From: Eledone cirrhosa
Taxonomy: Eukaryota
NCBI GenBank assembly: GCA_964016885.1
Contig: OZ024747.1
Location: 20,646,001-20,710,000, forward strand
Direction of reading: 5' to 3'
DNA length: 64,000 bases
The translations under genes were made by a program, and so were the position numbers. Below the pieces are notes generated by a model. The model worked only from the letters and a program-made list of their open reading frames with translations, was not told the DNA's origin and searched no databases. Each line of letters begins with the position of its first letter. Position 1 is the first letter of the stretch. Positions 43,601 through 58,747 of this stretch are shown here, piece by piece.

Positions 43601-46600
43601 TGTCTTACACTGTAACCAATGTATTGTATGACATCCTGACAATGCGTCTTACACTGTAACCAATGTATTGTGTGACACCCTGACAATGTGTCTTACACTG
43701 TAACCAATGTGGTGTGTGACATGTTGACAATGTGTCTTACACTGTAACCAATTTATTGTGTGATATCCTGACAATGTGTCTTCCACTGTAACCAATGTAT
43801 TGTGTGATACCCTGACAATGTGTCTTACACTGTAACCAATGTGTTGTGTGACAGCCTGACAATGTGTCTTACACTGTAACCAATGTGTTGTGTGACACCC
43901 TGACAATATGTCTTACACTGTAATCAATGTGTTGTGTGACACCCTGACAATGTGTCTTACACTGCAACCAAAGTATTATGTGACACCCTGACAATATGTC
44001 TTACACTGTAATCAATGTATTGTGTGACACCCAGACAATGTGTCTTACACTGTAACCAATGTATTGTGTGACATCCTGACAATGTGTCTTACACTGTAAC
44101 CAATGTATTGTGTAACATCCTGACAATGTGTCTTACACTGTAACCAATCTATTGTGTGACATCCTGACAATGTGTCTTACACTGTAACCAATGTATTGTG
44201 TGACATCCTGACAATGTGTCTTACACTGTAACCAATGGATTGTGTGACATCCTGACAATGTGTCTTACACTGTAACAAAAGTATTGTGTGACATCCTGAC
44301 AATGTGTCTTACACTGTAACCAATGTATTGTGTGACACCCTGACAATGTGTCTTACACCGTAACCAATGTATTGTGTGTCATCCTGACAATGTGTCTTAC
44401 ACTGTAACCAATGAGTTGTGTGACATCCAGACAATGTGTCTTACACTGTAACCAACCTATTGTGTAACATCCTGACAATGTGTTTTACACTGTAACCAAT
44501 GGATTGCGTGACATCCTGACAATGTGTCTTACACTGTAACCAAAGTATTGTGTGACATCCTGACAATGTGTCTTACACTGTAACCAATGTATTGTGTGAC
44601 ACCCTGACAATGTGTCTTACACCGTAACCAATGTATTGTGTGACATCCTGACAATGTGTCTTACACTGTAACCAATGTATTGTGTGACACCCTGACAATG
44701 TGTCTTACACTGTAACCAATGTATTGTGTGACATCCTGACAATGTGTCTTACATTGTAACCAAAGTATTGTGTGACACCCTGACAATGTGTCTTACACTG
44801 TAACCAATGTATTGTGTGACACCCTGACAATGTGTCTTACACCGTAACCAATGTATTGTGTGACATCCTGACAATGTGTCTTACACTGTAACCAAAGTAT
44901 TGTGTGACACCCTGACAATGTGACTTACACTGTAACCAATGTACATGTGTGACACCCTGCCAATGTGTCTTACACCGTAACCAATGTGTTGTGTGACATC
45001 CTGACAATGTGTCTTACACTGTAACCAATGTGGTGTGTGACATGTTGACAATGTGTCTTACACTGTAACCAATGTATTGTGTGATATCCTGACAATGTGT
45101 CTTCCACTGTAACCAATGTATTGTGTGATACCCTGACAATGTGTCTTACACTGTAACCAATGTGTTGTGTGACAGCCTGACAATGTGTCTTACACTGTAA
45201 ACAATGTGTTGTGTGACACCCTGACAATATGTCTTACACTGTAATCAATGTGTTGTGTGACATCCTGACAATGTGTCTTACACTGTAACCAATGTATTGT
45301 GTGACATGCTGACAATGTGCCTTACACTGTAACCAATGTATTGTGTGACACCCTGACAATGTGTCTTACACCGTAACCAATGTATTGTGTGACATCCTGA
45401 CAATGTGTCTTACACTGTAACCAATGGATTGTGTGACATCCTGACAATGTGTCTTACACTGTAACCAAAGTATTGTGTGACATCCTGACAATGTGTCTTA
45501 CACTGTAACCAATGTATTGTGTGACACCCTGACAATGTGTCTTACACCGTAACCAATGTATTGTGTGACATCCTGACAATGTGTCTTACACTGTAACCAA
45601 TGGATTGTGTGACATCCTGACAATGTGTCTTACACTGTAACCAAAGTATTGTGTGATATCCTGACAATGTGTCTTACACTGTAACCAATGTATTGTGTGA
45701 CACCCTGACAATGTGTCTTACACTGTAAACATTGTATTGTGTGACACCCTGCAATGTGTCTTACACTGTAACCAAAGTATTGTGTGACATCTTGACAATG
45801 TGTGTTACACACCGTAACCAATGTATTGTGTGACACCCTGACAATGTGTCTTACACTGTAACCAATGAGTTGTGTGACATCCAGACAATGTGTCTTACAC
45901 TGTAACCAACCTATTGTGTAACATCCTGACAATGTGACTTACACTGTAACCAATGTAGTGTGTGACATCCTGACAATGTGTCTTACACTGTAACCAATGT
46001 ATTGTGTGACACCCTGACAATGTGTCTTACACTGTAACCAATGTATTGTGTGACATCCTGACAATGTGTCTTACACTGTAACCAATGTATTGTGTGACAC
46101 CCTGACAATGTGTCTTACACTGTAACCAATGTATTGTGTGACATCCTGACAATGTGTCTTACATTGTAACCAAAGTAATGTGTGACACCCTGACAATGTG
46201 TCTTACACTGTAACCAATGTATTGTGTGACACCCTGACAATGTGTCTTACACCGTAACCAATGTATTGTGTGACATCCTGACAATGTGTCTTACACTGTA
46301 ACCAAAGTATTGTGTGACACCCTAACAATGTGTCTTACACTGTAACCAATGTATTGTGTGACACCCTGACAATGTGTCTTACACCGTAACCAATGTATTG
46401 TGTGACATCCTTACAATGTGTCTTACACTGTAACCAATGTATTGTGTGACACCCTGACAATGTGTCTTACACTGCAACCAAAGTATTGTGTGACACCCTG
46501 ACAATATGTCTTACACTGTAACCAATGTATTGTGTGACACCCTGACAATGTGTCTTACACTGTAACCAATGTATTGTGTGACATCCTGACAATGTGTCTT

Positions 46601-49600
46601 ACACTGTAACCAATGTATTGTGTAACATCCTGACAATGTGTTTTACTCTGTAACCAGTGTATTGTGTGACATCCTGACAATGTGTCTTACACTGTAACCA
46701 ATGTATTGTGTGACATCCTGACAATGTGTCTTACACGGTAACCAATGGATTGTGTGACATCCTGACAATGTGTTTTTCACTGTAACCAAAGTATTGTGTG
46801 ACATCCTGACAATGTGTCTTACACTGTAACCAATGTATTGTGTGACACCCTGACAATGTGTCTTACACCGTAACCAATGTATTGTGTGACATCCTGACAA
46901 TGTGTCTTACACTGTAACCAATGGATTGTGTGACATCCTGACAATGTGTCTTACACTGTAACCAAAGTATTGTGTGATATCCTGACAATGTGTCTTACAC
47001 TGTAACCAATGTATTGTGTGACACCCTGACAATGTGTCTTACACTGTAAACATTGTATTGTGTGACACCCTGACAATGTGTCTTACACTGTAACCAAAGT
47101 ATTGTGTGACATCCTGACAATGTGTCTTACACTGTAAACAATGTATTGTGTGACACCCTGACAATGTGTCTTACACTGTAACCAATGTATTGTATGACAT
47201 CCTGACAATGCGTCTTACACTGTAACCAATGTATTGTGTGACACCCTGACAATGTGTCTTACACTGTAACCAATGTATTGTATGACATCCTGACAATGCG
47301 TCTTACACTGTAACCAATGTATTGTGTGACACCCTGACAATGTGTCTTACACTGTAGCCAATGTATTGTGTGACACCCTGACAATGTGTCTTACACTGTA
47401 AACAATGTATTGTGTGACACCCTGACAATGTGTCTTACACTGTAACCAATGTATTGTGTGGCATCATGACAATGTGTCTTACACCGTAACCAATGTATTG
47501 TGTGACATCCTGACAATGTGTCTTACACTGTAACCAATGTGTTGTGTGACATCCTGACAATGTGTCTTACACTGTAACCAAAGTGTTGTGTGACATCCTG
47601 ACAATGTGTCTTACACTGTAACCAATGTGTTGTGTGACATCCTGACAATGTGTCTTACACTGTAACCAATGTGTTGTGTTGCAGCCTGCCAATGTGTCTT
47701 ACACCGTAACCAATGTGTTGTGTGACATCCTGACAATGTGTCTTACACTGTAACCAATGTGGTGTGTGACATGTTGACAATGTGTCTTACACTGTAACCA
47801 ATGTATTGTGTGATATCCTGACAATGTGTCTTACACTGTAAACAATGTATTGTGTGACACCCTGACAATGTGTCTTACACTGTAACCAATGTGTTGTGTG
47901 ACAGCCTGACAATGTGTCTTACACTGTAACCAATGTGTTGTGTGACACCCTGACAATATGTCTTACGCTGTAACCAATGTATTGTGTGACACCCTGACAA
48001 TATGTCTCACACCGTAACGAATGTATTGTGTGACATCCTGACAATGTGTCTGACACTGTAACCAATGTATTGTGTGACACCCTGACAATGTGTCTCACAC
48101 CGTAACGAATTTATTGTGTGACATCCTGACAATGTGTCTTATACTGTAACCAATGTGTTGTGTCACAGCCTGACGATGTGTCTTACACTGTAACCAATCT
48201 ATTGTGTGACACCCTGAAAATGTGTCTTACACTGTAACTAATGTATTGTGTGACAACCTGACAATGTGTCTGACACTGTAACTAATGTATTGTGTGACAC
48301 CCTGACAATGTGTCTTACACTGTAACCAATGTATTGTGTAACATCATGACAATGTGTCTTACACTGTAACCAATGTGTCGTGTGACATCCTGACAATGTG
48401 TCTTACACTGTAACCAATGTGTCGTGTGACATCCTGACAATGTGTCTTACACTGTAACCAAAGTATTGTGTGACACCCTGACAATGTGTCTGACACTGTA
48501 ACTAATGTATTGTGTGACAACCTGACAATGTGTCTGACACTGTAACTAATGTATTGTGTGACACCCTGACAATGTGTCTTACACTGCAACCAATGTATTG
48601 TGTAACATCATGACAATGTGTCTTACACTGTAACCAATGTGTCGTGTGACATCCTGACAATGTGTCTTACACTGTAACCAATGTGTCGTGTGACACCCTG
48701 ACAATGTGTCTTACACTGTAACCAATGTGTTGTGTGGCATCATGACAATGTGTCTTACACCGTAACCAATGTATTGTATGACACCCTGACAATGTGTCTT
48801 ACACTGTAACTAATCTAGTGTGTGACACCCTGACAATGTGTCTTACACTGTAACCAATGTATTGTGTGACACCCTGACAATGTGTCTTACACCGTAACCA
48901 ATGTGTTGTGTGACATCCAGACAATGTGTCTTACACTGTAACCAACCAATGGATTGTGTGACATCCTGACAATGTGTCTTACACTGTAACCAAATTATTG
49001 TGTGACATCCTGACAATGTGTCTTACACTGTAACCAATGGATTGTGTGACATCCTGACAATGTGTCTTACACTGTAACCAAAGTATTGTGTGACACCCTG
49101 ACAATGTGTCTTACACTGTAAACAATGTATTCTGTGACACCCTGACAATGTGTCTTACACCGTAACCAATGTATTGTGTGACATCCTGACAATGTGTCTT
49201 ACACTGTAACCAATGTATTGTGTGGCACCCTTACAATGTTTCTTACACTGTAACCAATGTATTGTGTGACATCCTGACAATGTGTCTTACACTGTAACCA
49301 ATGTATTGTGTGGGATCATGACAATGTGTCTTACACCGTAACCAATGTATTGTGTGACACCCTGACAATGTGTCTTACACCGTAACGAATATATTGTGTG
49401 ACATCCTGACAATGTGTCTTACACTGTAACTAATGTATTGTGTGACACCCTGACAATGTGTCTTACACTGTAGCCAATGTATTGTGTGACATCCTGACAA
49501 TGGGTCTTACACTGTAACCAATCTAGTGTGTGACACCCTGACAATGTGTCTTACACCGTAACCAATGTATTGTGTGACATCCTGACAATGTGTCTTACAC

Positions 49601-49787
49601 TGTAACCAATCTAGTGTGTGACACCCTGACAATGTGTCTTACACTGTAACCAATGTATTGTGTGACACCCTGACAATGTGTCTTACACTGTAACCAATCT
49701 AGTGTGTGACACCCTGACAATGTGTCTTACACTGTAACCAATGTATTGTGTGACACCCTGACAATGTGTCTTACACCGTAACCAATG
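37682..49787. repeat. 44-bp satellite array, about 275 monomers
   Basis: Consensus TGTGACA(C/T)CCTGACAATGTGTCTTACACTGTAACCAATGTATTG, uninterrupted for about 12.1 kb. Confidence 0.98.
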
Positions 49788-49874
49788 GAATGGCCGATAC
49801 CTAGTGAGTGGATTTCGTTTGACGGAAATTATGCAGAACCGCGATTAATAAAAATACTCTCACGAACACCATCA

Positions 49875-49993
49875 TGTGTGTGTGAGAATGTGTGTGTGCA
49901 TGTGTGTGTTTGTGTGTATATGTGTGTGTCTGAGAGAATGTGTGTGTGCTTGTGTGTGTATATTTATATATGTGTGTGTGTGGGGGGGGGGGT
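49875..49993. repeat. Imperfect (GT)n microsatellite ending in poly-G
   Basis: Directly visible. Confidence 0.9.
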
Positions 49994-50135
49994 GTTTACC
50001 GATGTACACCGTTGTGTACAGTTGTGTACAGTTACGTCAGTATTTGGAAAACATGATTCAGAGATTCGATTAAGATCAAGAAAATAAATGCCAAGTTAAA
50101 AAAAAAAGAACTGGCGTCTATATCATTGACTACAA

Positions 50136-50199
50136 CAATCAAAGATGATAACCAGTATGGCTGTTAGTCCAATGACTGAAATCAGTAAAAGAGTAAAAG
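50136..50199 (+). mobile_element. 3'-tail fragment of another SINE
   Basis: ccagtatggctg..agtccaatgactgaaatcagtaaaagag resembles a SINE terminus I recall from octopod genomes; not verifiable within the window. Confidence 0.4.
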
Positions 50200-50853
50200 T
50201 ATATATCAATATTTCACGTGTGATTGTTTTATAGATAAACTTGATATTCTCCATTCGCATGGACAAGGATAAGCACTACAACTCAACTGTACATTTTATG
50301 TTAAAAAGATATATATATATATATATATAAATATATAAATATATATATATTGCCCTACGGTTCTTATATATCTGATATATATTTATCCTTATCGAGCCCT
50401 CTTTGGATGTTAGCCTTCAAATTTACTATTATTACGATATATATATATATATATATTTATCTCCAAATCATTTGTCGAGCAATATTGGCCATGACTGCTG
50501 CTATGGTAGTAGGCAGGCCGCTGTCTTATTAACAACTCGCTTTCCACTGATTGACCTCGATGTCACGTGATTGATTCTTCTTGAATTTGCCACAGACGTA
50601 GAGGCAGTGATTTTCTCAATGGCTAGGAATTCAGTCCACGCTTCGCTATTTCCTCTCTACTGAATTATTTTTTTAATAAGTTCCCAGTGTCCTCGCTATG
50701 CCTGGAAACTTACACGAAAATAGACTTTCCTGACGACGGAATGCTTTTCCATATATTCTTCGGAAAATATATTTACTCCATTCCAGAAACTAATTAGTTG
50801 GAAGTGATATTTTAGTAAGTAAGTTAATTTTATAATTTTCTTATATTACGTCT

Positions 50854-50912
<59 letters not shown>

Positions 50913-51589
50913 GATGATAGCTGCAATTCGATTTCGAGTAATGCCATCGCTTGATACTTAAGCATGGGCACCATGGACGTGGCTCTTTAGTCCTGCATCG
51001 CAGAAAATGTCACATATCAAAAGATGCCTGTGCTTGACGCTTTTTTAAGTGAGGAAGGGTTTTGCTTCGTGCCAATCCCACTCTCTGAACATCGAATGCA
51101 TTTACCCACAAGAGGAAGATCTGATCTACATCATTGGATGCAAACGAAGTCGCAGGTTTTATATCAGAGTGACCTTCTCCTAGAGAGATGCCTTAATGAA
51201 GTCTAGATGTCTCTTGCTCCACAAAAATATCTTTATTGGATGGCCGTTGACTCTACTGAGTTCCTTCGCTCTTTTGATAGGTTTTGTTTTTCATCACACA
51301 TGGTGTCCAAAATCACCCTACATACAAAGAAAGCTTATATACATATACTAGATTGAGGTATCATAACATATTTAATATCTATGATGATTATGTTTCTCAA
51401 TGGAAAAACCCAACAGTCTTTTATCCAGACCATCAATGATTCAAATTAACGGATATATGTATATATAGAGAGAGCGAAAGAGACGCATGTGGTCAGAGAA
51501 ACACATTATTGGCTATATATAGTATTTATTTCAAAGTACATACATTAAGGCGGAAAGGTTCTGATATTCATTACAGTATCTTTTCATAA

Positions 51590-51686
51590 TTTGTAAACCG
51601 AAGTAAAATTCGATGTAACCAACTTTTTTTCTTCTTAAAAAGTAAACCTCATTTGGTCAGCCTATGAACTTTCCAGTCGACCCTGA

Positions 51687-51689
<3 letters not shown>
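51590..51689 (-). mobile_element. Tc1/mariner-like terminal fragment
   Basis: Minus strand reads TA-TCAGGGTCGACTGGAAAGTTC, like mariner TIRs (TA-CGAGGG..TGAAAAGT), and abuts a (TA)n tract. No partner TIR found. Confidence 0.45.
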
Positions 51690-51741
<52 letters not shown>

Positions 51742-51789
51742 ACAGGGAGAAAAAGACGATTATTAGGGAGAAAAATAAATATATATTTA

Positions 51790-51830
<41 letters not shown>

Positions 51831-51920
51831 CAAATAGGATGTGGTAAGATACCAGGTGGACCATAACGCACCAGAGTACTCAATACATAAGGTAGTAGAA
51901 TGGGTAATATGGAAAGAATC

Positions 51921-52017
51921 GGGACCCTGATGGCTGAGCTCTGGCCGTTTCGACAGCTAGTTCTGAACTGTTCCGATTTGGCTGTCGAAACAGCCGGAGC
52001 TCAGCCATCGGGGTCCT
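51921..52017 (+). repeat. GC-rich fold-back: 39-bp stem, 19-nt loop
   Basis: gggaccctgatggctgagctctggccgtttcgacagcta / tggctgtcgaaacagccggagctcagccatcggggtcct. Confidence 0.92.
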
Positions 52018-52022
52018 AACTC

Positions 52023-52102
<80 letters not shown>

Positions 52103-52502
52103 AGAAATGACACATCATTTTCCATTTTTTTTTTTTTTTAGTTTAGACGGAAATAGATAGAAGTTAAATAAATATAGGATGACGCCAAAAAGGCAAAGAA
52201 CAAGAATCCTTTAATAGCCCCAAATAACTCTGCTAATGGAGATTCTGATATCTTAAACATCGCAGCTGATGCTGAAAGACCCAGTTTAGACATAAAAGGT
52301 TGTTCAATCTGCCTACAAATGTAATTTTATTTCAAGTTTACTTGATATTTTTTTTACTCATATATTCATGGATTCCGTTGTGTGTGTATATATACATCAA
52401 TATGTACATATGTATACCCTGTGTGTGTATGTAGATACCTGAATAGTTTTACACACGCACCTGTGCTTGCGCGCATTAATACACACACACACGCACGCAC
52501 AA

Positions 52503-52601
<99 letters not shown>

Positions 52602-52677
52602 CGTACATATATATGTGTGTGTGTACATATACTAGTCAGACTTTGTAATTTTATCTGTGTTCGTCTAGTTTATATTC

Positions 52678-52761
<84 letters not shown>

Positions 52762-52859
52762 GTACATAGATTTAAGATGTAAATATATGTATATAGATGT
52801 AAAATACATATGTATAAATGTGCACTGATTACATATATATCGTTTATACTTTTCTTCAA

Positions 52860-52894
<35 letters not shown>

Positions 52895-52992
52895 CATATG
52901 TATATATATAAATGTATATACATATGTATATATACATATGCATATATATGTATATATATATATATGTATATGTATACATATAAATGTATATA

Positions 52993-53048
<56 letters not shown>

Positions 53049-53621
53049 GCACACACAAAGTTTAGCTGAAAGCTAAATTCCTGATGAAAGATATTATTTA
53101 TCATTTAATCTTGTGAATCGTCGGAGTAATGAGAAAAAATAAAAATTCTGAATACATAGAAGTTCGAAGAAATGTGTGCGTAGGTTAAGATGCAGAGAAG
53201 ACTATCACATAAATTCTAAGGAGAATCGTAAATTTTTTTAAGGGAAATTGTGAAAAAAAATTAAACGTTATTAGTTAAGAAAAAAGACATTGAACGATAC
53301 CACAAAATATCTTATATGGATAATATATGTCATGTTAATATACTGCAAGCTTGAGACGTAACTCAAATGAGATCAATAATTTTAGAGAAGGTTCTTGTTT
53401 AATGAGAAAGGTATACGGTTCGAAAGGAATATGGAGCATGGATCGTTTGTATTTTTAGTCATTGCTAGATGTGTGCATTTTAACCTGTTATCATTGTGTT
53501 TCAATGACAATCAAAGATGCCAGTATATGTTAAATGATCATATTCAATTTGGTTTTTAATATTGTCGTCTGCAATTCACAATATAAGAAATGTCCTAGTC
53601 TACTTTCAGTGAAATAATAAT

Positions 53622-53836
53622 TTCTGCTATAGGCATAAGGCCAGTAATTTGGGGGAGAGGGGAAAGTCGAATAAATCGACCCCAGTACGTTACTGGTGAT
53701 TTATTTTATCGACCCCCTACGGATGAAAGGCAAAGTTTACCTCGGTGGCATTTAAACTCAGATCATAAAGGGCCGTAGCTCTATGCTGCCAAGCATGGCA
53801 TCCGACACTCTATCGATACTGCCAATCTACCGCCCT
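53622..53836 (-). mobile_element. Full-length tRNA-derived SINE (long variant) with 21-bp TSD
   Basis: Family consensus on the minus strand; TSD tactttcagtgaaataataat at 53601-53621 and 53837-53857. Confidence 0.92.
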
Positions 53837-54552
53837 TACTTTCAGTGAAATAATAATATCTAAATCATTTTTTTGTATATATCATATAGAACACTTCCGC
53901 AATTGCCATTGTTTATGTGTTTCTTGTTAAGAGAACGGACGTAAAATAGTTTCCAATTTTCCACAGATAGGTCGCGCATCCCCTGGTTAGTGGGTTATGG
54001 ATTGCCCTGTAGTAATAGAGGACAACTCTGATATAAGCTGGTGTACCAGTCAAATTAACAATTGTGAAATGAGAGCAATGAGGTGACCAGAATGCAACTG
54101 GACCTTTCATAAATTGCTGCAGATATCCTATAATGGTTATACTAGACGGGTAAAGGCGTCTTTAAATAACCTTTCCAGTTTGGGGAGCGTATTTAAGTCG
54201 GATTAATGACCCTGTGATAAGCAGCCAAATCTGCAGAATGATAATACTCACTATTCAGCCTTAATAAAATGAATATTTGAATATTTAAACTCTACTTCGG
54301 TATTGAGTACAATTTTCTCCTACCCCTCAACTACATACGGATATGTATATATGTATATATGCAGAGGTTATATTTAATTTGTTGGGATTCAACGTTAAGG
54401 TTGTCTTTTTTTCCGGATATGTCAATATTTAGTTATAAAACAAATCTGTATTTTATCTGATGAAAGCGCACCATAATTTTCCTTGGTGGCCCTTGAAATA
54501 TGTATAATAAAATAAATATGGTTTTATAAATATAGTTTCCATTTATTAATAT

Positions 54553-54649
<97 letters not shown>

Positions 54650-54732
54650 GTCTTTTAGAGGTTGTTGGAGGTTATATATATATAGAGGTTATATATATAT
54701 AAACATACATATATTTATAACTTTGATAACTT

Positions 54733-54768
<36 letters not shown>

Positions 54769-55717
54769 ATAATAAATGTGAAAACTAAAGTCCGAAGTGG
54801 GCTCTATAAGGATTATATATATATATAATGAGTTCTTTACACGAGGAATTAATATTGGTTTTGAAATAACTAATTAACCCGCGTGTGTTTTATATTTTAC
54901 TCTTAATTCGGCCGGAGAATTATATTCCCATTCGCCCTTTATAGCATAACTTTCTGCATTTACTGCGGTTATGAGAAGCGGTTCTTATTCGGGTACAACT
55001 TCTGATTTAGCCTAAGAAAATATCTATATGCGTGTGTAATTTATACAAGCATATATTTATTTTTTTATTTTCAATTGAGTTCTTAAAGACGTTGGATTGA
55101 TAATGTTTTCAAAAAAACTAAATAACCCGCGTGTATATTTTTTTTTTCCTCATTTCGTGGATCGTGGGTTGTCTCCCCTTCCCGCTTCGTGTCGCTATGA
55201 TACTTCCTCAGCCAAACACTGCTGGAATTTCAAATTTGGCGGTCATTCGAGGCGAGAGAGAGTAACTTTAAGGACACGATTTTTGACAGCGGTAAGAAAT
55301 TATTTTCTTATATCAAAGTTTAACGGGCTTCCACTGATGATTTATAAGTGCCCACCTAAATATATTCTTACATGAATATATATTAGGCTTCTACAGTAAC
55401 TGGAAACATTCTCCCAACTTGTAGAAAACTTATAATGAAACAATTGTTTGGAAAGAGATATACCTTAACTTTAATTATATCTCATAAAATAATACAACTC
55501 GTTTTTCCACATTATACATATTGTTAGTACCCCAAACACTAAAATTGGGTTTATATTTAAATATAACCTAATGTTTGTTGAGTGAGATGGTTACCAGTCA
55601 TAGTTTAGTTTTAAACTATCTCTGTTATTGTATTAAATATATATAAAACCTATATAAACCCGTAGAGCAAATATTTATCATAAGAACATATATATATTTA
55701 TATATATATTTATATAT

Positions 55718-55785
<68 letters not shown>

Positions 55786-55818
55786 TCGTCTTCTTTTCAA
55801 CACACACACACACAGACA

Positions 55819-55885
<67 letters not shown>

Positions 55886-56155
55886 AAAACATCTTGATGA
55901 ATGACCTGAAAACTAATCTTTCTGAAGTCCATAGAGCAATATTGGTGTGATGAGATACTCACCATCACCCACATCATATGTTACAATACTCATCACTTAT
56001 CTGGGATGTTACACATGTTACTCATAAATGCCGAACATTCTAGACCGCAACAACTATGCTTGACTTCTTTTTCCTGCAACTAGTCCCTTCAACTATTGAT
56101 ATGTCCATGCTCTGGTGAGCAAACATACTGTTCAATATATATATAAGTGTATATA

Positions 56156-56430
<275 letters not shown>

Positions 56431-56473
56431 GAAAGTATAGAAATTATTGTGAGCGTGAAACCAACAGTATTTC

Positions 56474-56516
<43 letters not shown>

Positions 56517-56669
56517 TATATATATGATCTGTTTAACCATCATCTCAGTGTGTTTGGCCCTTAACGTATGTTGTAGCTCTGATTCACATGAATCATCGAG
56601 CGCTTGCCACACATATCGGACGTTGATTTTCGTTAATTCCTGAGCTGAAATACGATTCTCGCTAATTTA

Positions 56670-56761
<92 letters not shown>

Positions 56762-57201
56762 ACTGTATTACTACTAATGACAGGATAGAATAGAAACTGC
56801 TATTCACCTGACTGCATTTCCACTTTCAATTTAAATCAGTCCTTCAAGTTCTGATTTGTAGACATACAGCTGAAGATGAACTGACAAGAGAAGAGGATAT
56901 TTACATTAAAACAGCACCAAATGAAGAACAGTATAACTGGTGAGAGTGTTGAAAGGTTCGATGGTTGCAGAGGTTAGATTTGAGGTTAGATAAGGTGAAA
57001 GCAAGGTCTATAATTGATCATTCACCGTTAGAAGTTCTCAACCATGATACATTTACAAACACCTTTGCCTGTTTAAGATAACTTTGTATAAAGACATATA
57101 GCATATATATATAGTCACATAAACCTGCACATGTACGTAGACAGAAACAGACACACTTACACATACATCAACTATCAGAGACACAGCTACACACACATAT
57201 C

Positions 57202-57243
<42 letters not shown>

Positions 57244-57317
57244 CATATAATGAGTATAACCAAAGTTGTTGCTGCACAATAGCATATTTATATATATATA
57301 TAGAGAGAGAGAGAGAA

Positions 57318-57357
<40 letters not shown>

Positions 57358-58461
57358 GGCGGACGGGGGGAATAAAGAAAGAAAGAAAAAGAGACGTACA
57401 GACAGACATACGCACACACGCACGCACACATGTATATGTGTATGCATGTATCTGTGTGAAAGTTTATGTGTATGTATGTATATATATATATACATATATA
57501 TATATCTTTTACATTTGACTTATGTATATATATATATATATGTGTGTGTGTTGTGTGTGTACCTATATATATATATATATATATATAGGGGGAGATAATG
57601 AGGAGGATTTAATAAATGTTCACGTCATCAATGAAGTAATATTTATCTGTGGAGTCAAAATTACATGTCATATTGGTAATTGAATGTGGGTGGGTAGAAA
57701 CGTGTCCTGTACAATTATATGAAGCTCCATATGTTTCTGAGAAGAGAATTAGCATGTTATTATATGGTTGCTGATGGAGATATTCTGTTCCTAACTGAAA
57801 GTGGACTTTTATTTTATTAATGTTACTTATCAAATTGAATACACACGGAGTTTTGGCAATTTTTTCAACACCATTTGCTGGTATTGTTCGGTTTTGTATG
57901 ATGGCATTATAACTAGGAAACCATATTTTTTGTAATGTTGTCTCCTGCTTTTTTTAATGTTATTCCTATGAACACTAGATCATGCACAATGACCTACATA
58001 GTAGTTTCTTTATACAGATAAATACCCACGCATTACTTGACTGAATCAAGAGAGAACAATGATAATGATCTTGGCCAATTTTCTTGACTAGTCAGATTGA
58101 TAAAGCCAATGTTGAGTTTTGGCAAATCTTTCTAGGCCGGTGTCCAATTTGAATATCTACAAATCAATACTTTTTAACAAATATGAGAACGCTACGAGTA
58201 TTTCACATAGGGGATACTTTAAGGCTACGAAATAAGCATAAACGTGTTTTTTCAGCCTCAGAGAAACTTATACTTTGGTTGGAGAGTAAAAATAGGTATG
58301 GTAATTAAATAGAAGTTACCAAACAGAATATTCTGCTTCAGTAAGGCTTTGATAAACAGAGCATGGAATAAGTGTATCTCTAAGTTTGTGCTTGATGTGT
58401 GTTGATGAATAGATGCTTTTGAAACATACCAGATGATTTTCAATTTTAAAATGGTATAGAG

Positions 58462-58747
58462 CAATCATGGGCAACCTGCGTCCCGTTTCTGAATGGCTCA
58501 CCTAAATCACCTAAGTGAAATCTTTCTGATTTTTTTACCCCAACTTTTCAGTCGTAGTTTATCTTTGTATAATTTTTACGATCAAGGAAAACAACGTGTA
58601 CGAATTCTGAAGAAACAAATCAAAACAACCTGAGTTACCACCCTTCTTTTTTAATGTGAGCAAGAATGTAAATTACCGCTTGCGGCCCGCCTTATAATGA
58701 GCCATATCTCATGCGACCCGCTTCTCGAAAATTGTTACCTATGCCTG
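58462..58747. mobile_element. Non-autonomous hAT (Charlie-like) MITE
   Basis: Degenerate TIRs caatcatgggcaac / gttacctatgcctg, subterminal gcggcccg-type motifs, 8-bp TSD gtatagag (58454-58461) / gtatagtg (58748-58755). Confidence 0.7.

Noticed and set aside
37682-49787. CRISPR array, or Cys/His-rich proteins from the minus-strand ORFs
   Set aside because: Monomers are contiguous with no unique spacers, the context is eukaryotic, and the 44-bp period puts a stop about every 44 codons. The ORFs arise where a variant removes one stop.
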